A stretch of DNA of 61,023 nucleotides, the filler included. It is 5 parts of 5 records of this genome, joined end to end, with 100 filler letters (N's around TTAATTAATTAA, not from the genome) between each part and the next. Parts side by side here need not be neighbours in the genome. Positions count along the whole stretch, not along the records: positions 1 to 22,362 come from SRR31156797_12762; 4 more parts are not named here. One strand, written 5' to 3'. The position numbers were made by a program, and so were the translations under genes. Below the pieces are notes generated by a model. That model made no database searches. It saw only the letters and a list, made by a program, of their open reading frames with translations, and was not told the origin of the DNA. Shown piece by piece: positions 1-9,926 of the stretch. How positions within the stretch are numbered: the stretch's first letter is position 1; each line of letters starts with the position of its first letter.

Positions 1-197
1 AACGAAAAAGGCAGTATTATTCATTAAAGTAATCAATAATTCAAGTTCTTTATGCTTTCGCAATAGGAATAATAATACCTTTTCCTACTGCTAGTGAAAA
101 GTCATTACAAGTTAGTAGTAAATGTGCTTTTCTGTACATAAGAAGTAAAAATAAGTATTTTATTCCATTAGTTGTTTTTTACTTTTTCGAAATTCGG

Positions 198-228
198 ATG
201 GATAAACTGCAATAGTTTATCCATTTTT
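198..228. terminator. Hairpin downstream of dpaL, possible intrinsic terminator
   Basis: ATGGATAAACT-gcaat-AGTTTATCCAT 11-bp perfect stem about 30 nt past the dpaL stop; the T-run is on the + side, so the direction is uncertain. Confidence 0.5.
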
Positions 229-254
229 ATCATTTATCAATGTTTACACCTAAT

Positions 255-1454
255 TCATACCTTACAGTGCTTACCATACCATACAACATCTCGATAATTT
301 ATTGTATCAGTATCTCCCTCTGTACTAAATACTATTACTTTAGAGTTATCATCTAAGCCTATTTCCACAGATAATTCACTGCAGTCTTTAATTATGTAAT
401 CAAGAAATCCTGTACCTACAGCACCCGATTCTCCAGAAACAATTCTTTCATCATTTCCCAAAGGATTTGCTAATATCCGCATTCCGTTTGCTGTCAGTAT
501 ATCATCACATGAAAAGAATCCATCTGCAAAGTTCCTAATTATTTCCCAAGCAATTGGATTTGGCACACCACAGGATAGGCCAGCCATAATGCTGTCCATT
601 TCTCCCGTAACTTCCCGTGCACTACCATCATCTGCAATACCTGAATCATAATAACATGCCGCCTGATGAGGCTCGAGTATATAAATTTTAGGACATTTAT
701 CCCCATAATGATTTACAAATACTCCTGCAACTGCTGCTGCCATTGAGCCAACACCTGCCTGCAAAAACATATGGGTGGGTATCGTATCACCCAGCTGATT
801 TATCGCTTCATTTGCCATTGTTGAATATCCCTGCATAACCCATGCTGCTACCTGCGCATCACCTTCGCTGGCAGTATCCAGTACGATTTCCCATCCCTTA
901 CTTTTTGATAATCTGTTTACTTCGCTTACACACCAGTCATAATTATATTCAGATACAACTACAGTTCCGCCTAAATCCTCAATTGCATCTATTCTGTCCT
1001 GTGCAGTACCTTTTGGCATATATACAATTGACTCTTGATTGAAAGCATTAGCTGCCCATGCAACAGACTTGCCGTGATTTCCATCAGATGCCGCCGCAAA
1101 TGTTATTTCGCCTAATTTCTCTTTAACTTCCTGAGATTTCAGATAGTCAAAATCAACATACTTTATATCGATATCCAGCTTCCTGCAAATACAGTTTGCT
1201 ACTGCATAAACACCGCCTAATAGCTTAAATGCTTTCAAATTGCCCCTCTTTGATTCATCCTTTACGTAAAAGGCATTTATCCCTAAATCCTTTGCTAAAG
1301 TATCAAGACAGACCAATGGTGTTTTATTATATGATAAACCCATTGACTGATGGAATTTATAAACATTTTGAATTTCTTCATAAGAAAATAGCTTGGTTTC
1401 TTCACCGAATTTACAATTCTTCTTGTAATTCGGAGCGTATTTCAAATATTCCAT
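255..1454 (-). CDS. dpaL: Diaminopropionate ammonia-lyase (YgeX/DpaL)
   Basis: KDESKRGNLKAFKLLGG PLP-Lys motif, ASDGNHG, QAGVGSMA, MAGLSCG, SGESGA, STEGDTD; last gene of the yge cluster. Confidence 0.93.
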   Translation of the reverse strand: MEYLKYAPNYKKNCKFGEETKLFSYEEIQNVYKFHQSMGLSYNKTPLVCLDTLAKDLGINAFYVKDESKRGNLKAFKLLGGVYAVANCICRKLDIDIKYVDFDYLKSQEVKEKLGEITFAAASDGNHGKSVAWAANAFNQESIVYMPKGTAQDRIDAIEDLGGTVVVSEYNYDWCVSEVNRLSKSKGWEIVLDTASEGDAQVAAWVMQGYSTMANEAINQLGDTIPTHMFLQAGVGSMAAAVAGVFVNHYGDKCPKIYILEPHQAACYYDSGIADDGSAREVTGEMDSIMAGLSCGVPNPIAWEIIRNFADGFFSCDDILTANGMRILANPLGNDERIVSGESGAVGTGFLDYIIKDCSELSVEIGLDDNSKVIVFSTEGDTDTINYRDVVWYGKHCKV

Positions 1455-1457
1455 GTA

Positions 1458-2933
1458 CTATGACTCCAAAACTTTCTTATTAAATTCCTCTATCAGTTCA
1501 TCCAGATGCTCAGCCTGCTTTGGTATATCTGTCCAATAGCTGTCATCCTCCCATTGAGCCATGATTTCCTCGTATGTTTTACCCTGCTGTTCTACCCATG
1601 TGTAGTATTTCAGGTTGTGAACAGCTTTTCTGTCATAATAATTCAATTCCTTGATATTATCGATATTGATGCCCTCAAAGTATCTTGCATATGCCGCATT
1701 AGCTGCAAATTCATCAAACATACCATATTCTTCATTAAGTTCATTAATACGACTTTGATACATCTCCATAGAATCTGTAAGGATTGTAACTACAACATCT
1801 GTTTCCTTTAGCTCAAAATATTTAGCATATTTTACTGCACTAATAATATTTGCAGCTCCTGAGATACCAATCCAATCAAGCTTATCCAATATATCCTGCT
1901 TTATACCTTTTTCTTTTAGTAACTTTATGCCCTGTTCTTCATTGAACATTCTAATCCAGTTCATAGGTATTTCATCATCTATTGCAACTGCAACATCTGT
2001 GTTTTTCACATTGTGAATCCATGGAATATGCTTATCACCAATGCCTTCTATTCTGTGAGCGCCGAAGCCGTTATTATAAATTGTAGGGCATTGGAGTGCC
2101 TCCGAAGCAGCTATCTTACTCTTTGGATATTTCAATTTTAGGTAATCACCAGCAGCTATTGTGCCGCCAGAGCCAGTAGAGCTAATTAGTCCATGATAAT
2201 TAGAATCCTCATCCATGACCTCATCCAACACTTTGCAGATGGCATTTCCTGTCACTTCATAATGCCATAAATAATTGCCGAATTCATCAAACTGATTAAA
2301 TATCATCAAATCCTGACCTGAACGTCGAAGCTCCCAGCACTTGTCAAATATCTCTTTTACATTGCTCTCAGTACCCGGTGTTTTAATTGTTTCTCCGGCT
2401 ATTCTCTCAAGCCATGCAAATCGCTCTTTACTCATACCCTCAGGCAGTATTGCAATAGATTCACAGGATAATAATGCAGAGTCGTACGCACCACCTCGGC
2501 AGTAATTTCCTGTTGAGGGCCAAACTGCTTTTTGCGTAGTTGGTTCGAACTGACCTGTAATAAGCCTAGGTACCAAACATCCAAATGCTGCTCCTACCTT
2601 ATGTGCACCAGTTGGGAACCACTTGCCGCAAAGTGCTATTACTCTAGCCTTCACTCCCGTAATTTCCCTTGGTATTTCTATGTAATTTACTTTGTCGAAA
2701 TCTCCGCCATTTTCAACAGGCTCATTATTCCATGTTATTCTGAAAAGATTCAAAGGGTTTACATCCCAAAGCCCTACACCTTTTAGTCTGTCCTTTACAT
2801 CTTGGGGTATTAATTGTGGATCTTTCATCTGAGCAAAAGTTGGTATAACTATATTTTGCTCCTTTGCCCTTTGTATTGATTTCTTCTGTCTTTTCTCATC
2901 GACAGATAAGTCTATCAATTTGTAATCACTCAT
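1458..2933 (-). CDS. Fold-type II PLP-dependent enzyme (cysteine synthase/TrpB-like), function unknown
   Basis: FPTGAHKVGAA (PLP Lys), PSTGNY, STGSGGT, HRIEGIGD, GISG motifs; 491 aa; 3-nt gaps to hydA and dpaL. Confidence 0.85.
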   Translation of the reverse strand: MSDYKLIDLSVDEKRQKKSIQRAKEQNIVIPTFAQMKDPQLIPQDVKDRLKGVGLWDVNPLNLFRITWNNEPVENGGDFDKVNYIEIPREITGVKARVIALCGKWFPTGAHKVGAAFGCLVPRLITGQFEPTTQKAVWPSTGNYCRGGAYDSALLSCESIAILPEGMSKERFAWLERIAGETIKTPGTESNVKEIFDKCWELRRSGQDLMIFNQFDEFGNYLWHYEVTGNAICKVLDEVMDEDSNYHGLISSTGSGGTIAAGDYLKLKYPKSKIAASEALQCPTIYNNGFGAHRIEGIGDKHIPWIHNVKNTDVAVAIDDEIPMNWIRMFNEEQGIKLLKEKGIKQDILDKLDWIGISGAANIISAVKYAKYFELKETDVVVTILTDSMEMYQSRINELNEEYGMFDEFAANAAYARYFEGINIDNIKELNYYDRKAVHNLKYYTWVEQQGKTYEEIMAQWEDDSYWTDIPKQAEHLDELIEEFNKKVLES

Positions 2934-2936
2934 TAT

Positions 2937-4319
2937 TCATCCTCCGCATTTATTTAAATTGGTATTTGGTATTTCTCTTTTTATAAATCGTCCTCTTGCA
3001 CGTGAGCCGATAAATTTATTATTATTTACTATAATTTCACCACGTGATATGACGGTATCTACACTACATTTTATCTCTATTCCCTCATAAGGAGTGAAAT
3101 CAACATTTTCATGTAAATCCTTATGAGTAATAATAGATTCTATATTAGGGTCAATGATAACAATATCTGCATCGCTTCCCTCTTTTATTACCCCTTTTTT
3201 AGGATACATTCCAAAGAGTTTTGCTGGATTTGTTGAGCAAAGATTAGCAAAGCAATTTGGTGATATTTTCTTTTCCATCACTTCTTTGGAGAACATCAAA
3301 GGCACTCTAACTTCTACGCCTGGTAAACCATTTGGACATTTAGTAAAGTCATCTTTTCCCATTTTTGCTTTTAGACTATAATCAAAAGGACAATGGTCAG
3401 TGCCTATAGTATCAATAAATCCATTTTGAATATCATCCAAAAGCAAATCATTATTCTCTTTATTGCGAAGAGGTGGGCTTAGAATATATTTGATACCGTC
3501 CTCTCTATAATAATATTCATCGTTAAGGAATAAATATTGTGGACAAGTCTCTGTAAATAGATTCTTCAAACCTTCCTTTTTCCCTTTATTGATATAGCCC
3601 ATTCCCAATTGATTTGATAAGTGGACAATATAGAGGTTAGCATCACCTGCTTTTTTATTTATCTCTATAATCCTATTTATCGCTTGTGCTTCACATTCTG
3701 CTGGTCTGCTTCTCTCGTGATATATGGGTGCAGTTTGCCCTCTGGCAATAAATTTATTTCGTTTTTTTACTATTTCATTTTCTTCAGGGTGTACTGCAAT
3801 AACTAGATTTAGCTCTTTTGCTCTTTTTAGGACAGTAAGAATATCATCATCATTCAAAAAATAATCATATGTCATATATATTTTATAGCTGGTAATGCCG
3901 TCATCTATCAATTGTTCCATCATATGCAGTACATCATCATCTACATGCTGTATTACTCCATGAAAACTATAATCAATCACAGCTTTATCTTTTGCTAAAT
4001 TGTGATAATGCTTAATCTGATAGTCAAGGCTGCAGTCAGCTGGTCCGAATGCAATATGATCTACAATAGTAGTAGTACCACCGCATGCTGCTGCTACTGT
4101 CCCAGTGTAAAAATCATCCTGAGCTCTAGCTATACCTACGTCTAAGTCCATATGAGTATGTACATCTATGCCTCCCGGCAAGACGTATTTACCGCTTGCA
4201 TCAATTGCATCAGCATCCTGTAGATTTGCACCAATTTCTTTAACAATGCCATTTTCTATCAGCACATCAGCTACTTGAGCTTCATATTCAGTTACAACTA
4301 TTCCATTTTTTATAACCAA
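2937..4319 (-). CDS. hydA: Dihydropyrimidinase/D-hydantoinase (HyuA-like)
   Basis: PGGIDVHTH, GGTTTIVD, ETCPQYL, GTDHCPF, GSDADIVI; TTG start immediately after the xdh TAA, with a GGAG RBS. Confidence 0.92.
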   Translation of the reverse strand: MVIKNGIVVTEYEAQVADVLIENGIVKEIGANLQDADAIDASGKYVLPGGIDVHTHMDLDVGIARAQDDFYTGTVAAACGGTTTIVDHIAFGPADCSLDYQIKHYHNLAKDKAVIDYSFHGVIQHVDDDVLHMMEQLIDDGITSYKIYMTYDYFLNDDDILTVLKRAKELNLVIAVHPEENEIVKKRNKFIARGQTAPIYHERSRPAECEAQAINRIIEINKKAGDANLYIVHLSNQLGMGYINKGKKEGLKNLFTETCPQYLFLNDEYYYREDGIKYILSPPLRNKENNDLLLDDIQNGFIDTIGTDHCPFDYSLKAKMGKDDFTKCPNGLPGVEVRVPLMFSKEVMEKKISPNCFANLCSTNPAKLFGMYPKKGVIKEGSDADIVIIDPNIESIITHKDLHENVDFTPYEGIEIKCSVDTVISRGEIIVNNNKFIGSRARGRFIKREIPNTNLNKCGG

Positions 4320-6887
4320 TTATTTCTCCTTCTTTCTGTATGCTGTCTTAACCAATGGCAGCTTTAGCCTATGCACACCATCAAATTCCAGATATGCACC
4401 TGCAACTGCTGGAGCTGTAGGTATGGTTGCAATTTCGCCTAAGCCCTTAGCACCATATGCCAAATCATTTCTTGGGTTTTTATTAACAAATTCAACATCT
4501 ATCTTCGGCATTGAGGTAGCTCGCAGTAATCCCAGTTTTGCATATTTAGTCTGAGGAATGCAATCCTTTAACGGGTAATCTTCTGTCAGGGCATACCCTA
4601 AGCCCATCACAATTCCTCCCTCTACCTGACCCTCTGCATTTTTTGTATTGATGATTCTCCCCGAGTCATGGGCGGCATATACTTTGTCTACTTTACCATC
4701 ATCATCAAGCACTACAACCTGTGCTCCATAACTATATGCTACGTGGCTAAATGGATTATCTTTCTGAGTTGTAATAGGGTCAGTCTCACAGGTATACTCT
4801 CCATAATATTCCTGTCCCTCTAATTGCTCAAGAGTTTTTCCATCATCAAGCATTGCCTTTAGCTTCTCACAGGCTTTTACTACAGCCTGCCCAGTAAATA
4901 GCGTCTGTCTTGATGCCGTGCTAGTACCAGAATCAGGTGTTCGCAGGGTATCAGGCGGCTCAATCGCAATTTGAGCAAATGGGATGTCAAGAGCTTGGCA
5001 AGCAATCTGCTTCATTACTGTGTCCAGCCCCTGCCCTACACGAGCTGCACCTGTCCATATATGAACTATGCCATTCTCAACTGATACTATACATCTTCCT
5101 GTATCAGGAACCCCAACCCCCAGTCCAGTATTTTTGAATGCAGCCGCAATGCCTGTATATTTATTAATATCAAATACATCTTTTAGGCTTAACAAGCATT
5201 CCTTAAGAGCTGTAGTATCATCAGCAATCTGTCCATTTGGCAATGGTTTTCCCTGTACAATTGCATTCCTATATCGTATCTCCCAAGGAGTTATACCCAC
5301 CTTCTTTGCAAGAAGATTGAGGTTTGATTCTGTAGCAAAAGAACTCTGCGGAACTCCAAATCCACGGAATGCCCCTCCAGGTGGATTGTTGGTATACACT
5401 GCTTTTCCTTCAATATCAACGGCTTTATATTGATACGGACCTCCAGCATGTGTACAAGCTCTCTGTACTACTGGTCCACCAAGGGAAGCATATGCGCCTG
5501 TATCAGCAATAATTCTTGCTTTCATTGCTGTTAAATATCCATCCTTATCACATGCAGTTGTCATCTCTATCTCCATAGCATGACGCTTAGGGTGAATATT
5601 TATGCTCTCTTGTCTTGTCAGCTTTATCTTTACACATCTTTTAGTAAGGTATGATGCCAATGCAGCATGATGCTGTACACTCATATCCTCTTTGCCGCCG
5701 AATGCACCTCCTACCAGCTTGCTTATTACACGTACTTTATCTTTCTTAACACCTAGTATGTGGCAAATCTCCCTGTGCTCATCATAGATACTTTGGCTGG
5801 TTGTATATATCGTAACTGTGTCTTTATCACATCTTGCTACGGCACATTCTCTCTCCATAAATGCATGTTCGGTAAATGGTGTATTATAGATATGGCTAAC
5901 AACGTGTGCTGATTTTTTGAATACTTCTTCTACATCCTCACCTCGCTTCACAGTATCACATCTTAGTACATTACCGTTATCGTGGAGCATAGGTGCATCT
6001 TCTGCCAAAGCCATTTGGGGTGAAATAATTTGAGGTAATGGATTATACTTAACTTTTATTAGAGATTTAATATCCTCCAAAGAGCACTCTTTCTCTGATA
6101 CTACAAGACAAATAGAATCACCTATATATCTGGTGGTTGCACCTTTTTGAATCAGCGTATCCCAGTCCTTTACAATATGTCCTGACTTAATACTCCCGGG
6201 AATATCCTCTGCCAGAATAACAGCAACAGTATCAGGATGATTTACAGCTTGTGAGATGTCAATGTTCTCAACAATAGCTCTGGGGTATTCACTGCGAAGA
6301 GCACTTGCATAAGCCATATCAGCAAATTCTATATCATCTACATATTCTCCTGCGCCTAATACCTTTGACTTCGCATCTATTCTAAGAACATCCTGTGATA
6401 TTTTCTCATTGTTATTATTAGGAGGGATTTCTCTATTCTCTCTGATAAATTCTGCTGAAAGCATAATTGCTTCTATTATCTTTTTATATCCTGTACATCT
6501 GCAAATATTTCCCACGAGTGCTTTAGCAATTTCTTCCTCGGTAGGATTAGGTTTTTTATCAAGCAGTCCTTTAGCACAGATTACCATACCAGGAATACAG
6601 AATCCGCATTGCACTGCACCTGCTTCAGCAAAGCAATAAGAATACACATCCTTTTCATATTGAGAGAATCCATCCACTGTAGTAATGCTTTTCCCGTCTA
6701 AGTTCTGCACTTTCTGTACACAGGCATTCTTTGCAGTGCCGTCTATCAGTACCTTACACGTACCGCAGGCTCCCTCACTACAGCCGTCCTTGACTGACTT
6801 GATCCCCATATCATTCCTTAAGAAAGATAATAGGTCACTATCTATATCAGTTTGTATCTGCTCACCATTTACATAAAATGTGACCAT
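4320..6887 (-). CDS. xdh: Selenium-dependent xanthine dehydrogenase family molybdenum hydroxylase (fused 2Fe-2S and Mo-binding domains, no FAD domain)
   Basis: GCSEGACGTC, QCGFCIPG, CRCTGY Fe-S motifs; GGAFGGK, AFRGFG, STASRQ, GAKGLGE Moco motifs; 855 aa. Confidence 0.9.
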   Translation of the reverse strand: MVTFYVNGEQIQTDIDSDLLSFLRNDMGIKSVKDGCSEGACGTCKVLIDGTAKNACVQKVQNLDGKSITTVDGFSQYEKDVYSYCFAEAGAVQCGFCIPGMVICAKGLLDKKPNPTEEEIAKALVGNICRCTGYKKIIEAIMLSAEFIRENREIPPNNNNEKISQDVLRIDAKSKVLGAGEYVDDIEFADMAYASALRSEYPRAIVENIDISQAVNHPDTVAVILAEDIPGSIKSGHIVKDWDTLIQKGATTRYIGDSICLVVSEKECSLEDIKSLIKVKYNPLPQIISPQMALAEDAPMLHDNGNVLRCDTVKRGEDVEEVFKKSAHVVSHIYNTPFTEHAFMERECAVARCDKDTVTIYTTSQSIYDEHREICHILGVKKDKVRVISKLVGGAFGGKEDMSVQHHAALASYLTKRCVKIKLTRQESINIHPKRHAMEIEMTTACDKDGYLTAMKARIIADTGAYASLGGPVVQRACTHAGGPYQYKAVDIEGKAVYTNNPPGGAFRGFGVPQSSFATESNLNLLAKKVGITPWEIRYRNAIVQGKPLPNGQIADDTTALKECLLSLKDVFDINKYTGIAAAFKNTGLGVGVPDTGRCIVSVENGIVHIWTGAARVGQGLDTVMKQIACQALDIPFAQIAIEPPDTLRTPDSGTSTASRQTLFTGQAVVKACEKLKAMLDDGKTLEQLEGQEYYGEYTCETDPITTQKDNPFSHVAYSYGAQVVVLDDDGKVDKVYAAHDSGRIINTKNAEGQVEGGIVMGLGYALTEDYPLKDCIPQTKYAKLGLLRATSMPKIDVEFVNKNPRNDLAYGAKGLGEIATIPTAPAVAGAYLEFDGVHRLKLPLVKTAYRKKEK

Positions 6888-6902
6888 AGTTTCCCTCCTT
6901 TA

Positions 6903-9902
6903 TCAGATGATAATATGACAGTATCTTTGTCTTATAACATCAATCATATTCCTCATATCAATGGAAATTTTCTCATCACTATATCCACATGTGAATTCTA
7001 GTTTTTCTTCATTTCGTACTAAAATACTCTTATCATCAATAATATAAAAACCAGTATTAGTACTATCTTCAAAGCCTTCTCTGTTCCAGAAAATCGTTAC
7101 CTTATCCTTGTATGGATTGCCTGTATAAGGGCAGAAAGTACCGCAGTTACCGCATTCATTGCACATGCCGTCAACATGAAGTATTTGTGGTTTTCCATTT
7201 ACATCTACTGTAACATTCGCTCTGTTGGGACATACAGATACACATATTTCGCATACCCTATCGCAGGATAAGCATCTTTCACAGTCTGTATTATCGCATG
7301 AGGCATCTTTTAATACTGCTTTCTTTTTCTTAATATCTTCAATAGATATTGATGGCTCTGTTTTGACAAAGTCGTGCTCAATACCCAGCTTATTCAGAAT
7401 ATCCTTTGTAATCTTCTTGCTGTCAGCAACTGCCTTGACTATGGACGAAGCACCGCAGGAACAATCCCCTGCAATATATACATTTTCAATACTGCTCTCA
7501 CCGAATTCATTAAGCTTTGGATATCTACCGCCTAACTCAATGCCATTTTTTTCAAAAAGACTAGTGTCTACCTTTGCGCCAGTAGCTGATATCAATGTAT
7601 CGTAAGTAAGTTCTTTTGTTTCATCTGTTGGCAGAGTCTTTCTGCGTCCGTCCTCGCCCTTTTCACCAAGCTGCATTACCTGTGCTTTCAGTGTCTTGCC
7701 GTCATATACTAAAGGAGAAAGCAATTCTTTTATCTCAACACCATCACTAAATGCCAGACGTATTTCCTCTGGTTCAGCAGGCATAAATTCTTTGGTTCTT
7801 CTATAAAGAATATGAACATTCTCTGCACCGCTGGCTCTCTTTGCCGCTCTTGCACAGTCCATAGCAACATCTCCACCGCCGATTATTCCAATGGTTTTAC
7901 CCAAGTCAATGCTGCACTTTGTTTCTTTAGATTTTTCTAGGAAACTGAGAGCATCAATTGTATTCTCTCCCCCATCTTTTACAGGACATAAGCCATCCTT
8001 CCAAGCACCTGTTGCTATAATAACAAAATCATACTCTTTCTTAATTTCTTTAATATCATAGTTTTCATCTGTATTAAAGACATATTTAACACCTTGTTTT
8101 TTGGACATATTAAAGTCCAAATCTATGTCTTTTTGGCTTATGCGAAATTCAGGAATTATGTATTCTACTATACCCATAGGTTTATCGTTCTTTTCAAAGA
8201 CAGTTACATCAACTCCGTTTCGCCTCAAAAATGTTCCTGCTGCAATGCCTGCAGGACCTGCTCCTATTACTGCAATTTTTTTATTTGTCCTAAGTGATGT
8301 CTCCTTAATATTGTCTATATACTTTTGCTGAGCATTGCTAACAGCAATATGCTTTGCATTTCGTATCTGTAATGGTTCATCATAATCAATTCTTGTACAC
8401 TTATTCTGACAATTATGAGAGCAAAGCTTTGACAGGATACTAGGCAAAGCATTATCTATTGCTATGACTTCAAATGCCTTATCATATTTACCTGATGAAA
8501 CTAATTCCAAATATTCTGGTATCTGTTGATTTATAGGACAGCCGCCGTCTTTGCAAGGAGCTTTGTAACAGTCAAATGCAGACAGCTGAGATTTGGTCTT
8601 CCTTGACTTCACTTCTCTTGTTTCTTTTGAAATATGCCTGTCTGTGAGTGCCTCTTTCGCTAGTTTATCTAAATATACAACATCTGTTTTATCATTTGTT
8701 GTACAATTCTGTGCTAATGTGCTTAGCTGGTTTATCCTGGCATAACCGCCAGGCTTAAGTATAGTTGTACAAATAGTAACAGGCTTTATCCCCGCTTTTA
8801 ATAAACCATCCAGATTAAAATAATCTGCACCACCAGAATATGATATGGATATATCACCGTCAAAATACTGGCTGAATTTATTTGCAACATTGATACTCAA
8901 TGGATATAATGCACGACCAGACATATACATAAATTCTCCCGGAAGTTCATTTTCGTGTATTTGTACTGGAAAAGTATTTGTAATCTTTACACCAAAATCC
9001 AAAGCATTATCTTTTGCAGTTTTCTTTAGTCTGCTTACCAATTTAACAGCATCATCAAATTTTAAATCCTGCTCAAAGTGCCTGTTGTCAAATTTTATAT
9101 AATTGTATCCTAATTCGTCCAATGCCTTCCGAGTAAAATCATAACCCAATAATGTAGGATTGCATTTAATATATGTATCCAGCTTTTTCTCGGTCAAGAA
9201 GTAATGAGCGATTTTCTCTATTTCTTCAGGCGGACATCCGTGAAGTGTGGACAAAGTAATAGATGATGATACTTTAGGTGAAATGCCATTTATCATGTCT
9301 ATAGTAATATTCTCGAATTTATCAATATTGTCCAGCAAATAGGATTTACACTTGTTCCATATATCAGTGTTTTTGGCATCAACAATATTATTGATGAATC
9401 TATCTATTTTCTCTGATGTAATTCCTTCATAATCATACCCTACGGACATATTGAATATAAAGTCAGTTTCCTTGGATAACCCAAACTCAAAAGCCGCAAC
9501 ATGTATAGCAAAATAACCCTTTATATATTCTTCATATGCCTGCTGTACAGTCAGCTCCGTAGACCATTCGCAGTTATATCCCTCATCCATAGCATTAATA
9601 CATGGTCTTGATACACATTTACGAAGCTCTTCCCCGTCCATAATCTGTACAGTTTTTAGCTCCATCACCCTAGCCCCAGAAACATATGCAGCTACTAGGT
9701 TCTGTGCTAATTGAGTATTTGGACCTGCTGCAGGACCAATAGGGCTGGATGTCTTTATGCCGTATATATTGAATGTGCTCTCTGAAGTATTCCTATAGAA
9801 TTTATCCTTGCCTATGCCAAATACTTGTCCATCAATCTCGTATTCTTTTAGCATCCAATTCATTAACCTATCAAAGCTAATAGGAGTCATTATTTCACTC
9901 AT
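6903..9902 (-). CDS. ygfK: YgfK flavin/Fe-S oxidoreductase (often annotated putative selenate reductase subunit)
   Basis: GPAAGPNTQLAQN, NCEWSTEL, TLSTLHGCPP, GAGPAG, C-terminal CVSVCPNRAN and CNECGNC. Confidence 0.93.
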   Translation of the reverse strand: MSEIMTPISFDRLMNWMLKEYEIDGQVFGIGKDKFYRNTSESTFNIYGIKTSSPIGPAAGPNTQLAQNLVAAYVSGARVMELKTVQIMDGEELRKCVSRPCINAMDEGYNCEWSTELTVQQAYEEYIKGYFAIHVAAFEFGLSKETDFIFNMSVGYDYEGITSEKIDRFINNIVDAKNTDIWNKCKSYLLDNIDKFENITIDMINGISPKVSSSITLSTLHGCPPEEIEKIAHYFLTEKKLDTYIKCNPTLLGYDFTRKALDELGYNYIKFDNRHFEQDLKFDDAVKLVSRLKKTAKDNALDFGVKITNTFPVQIHENELPGEFMYMSGRALYPLSINVANKFSQYFDGDISISYSGGADYFNLDGLLKAGIKPVTICTTILKPGGYARINQLSTLAQNCTTNDKTDVVYLDKLAKEALTDRHISKETREVKSRKTKSQLSAFDCYKAPCKDGGCPINQQIPEYLELVSSGKYDKAFEVIAIDNALPSILSKLCSHNCQNKCTRIDYDEPLQIRNAKHIAVSNAQQKYIDNIKETSLRTNKKIAVIGAGPAGIAAGTFLRRNGVDVTVFEKNDKPMGIVEYIIPEFRISQKDIDLDFNMSKKQGVKYVFNTDENYDIKEIKKEYDFVIIATGAWKDGLCPVKDGGENTIDALSFLEKSKETKCSIDLGKTIGIIGGGDVAMDCARAAKRASGAENVHILYRRTKEFMPAEPEEIRLAFSDGVEIKELLSPLVYDGKTLKAQVMQLGEKGEDGRRKTLPTDETKELTYDTLISATGAKVDTSLFEKNGIELGGRYPKLNEFGESSIENVYIAGDCSCGASSIVKAVADSKKITKDILNKLGIEHDFVKTEPSISIEDIKKKKAVLKDASCDNTDCERCLSCDRVCEICVSVCPNRANVTVDVNGKPQILHVDGMCNECGNCGTFCPYTGNPYKDKVTIFWNREGFEDSTNTGFYIIDDKSILVRNEEKLEFTCGYSDEKISIDMRNMIDVIRQRYCHIII

Positions 9903-9926
9903 TGTATCTCCTCTCCAAAATAGAGT

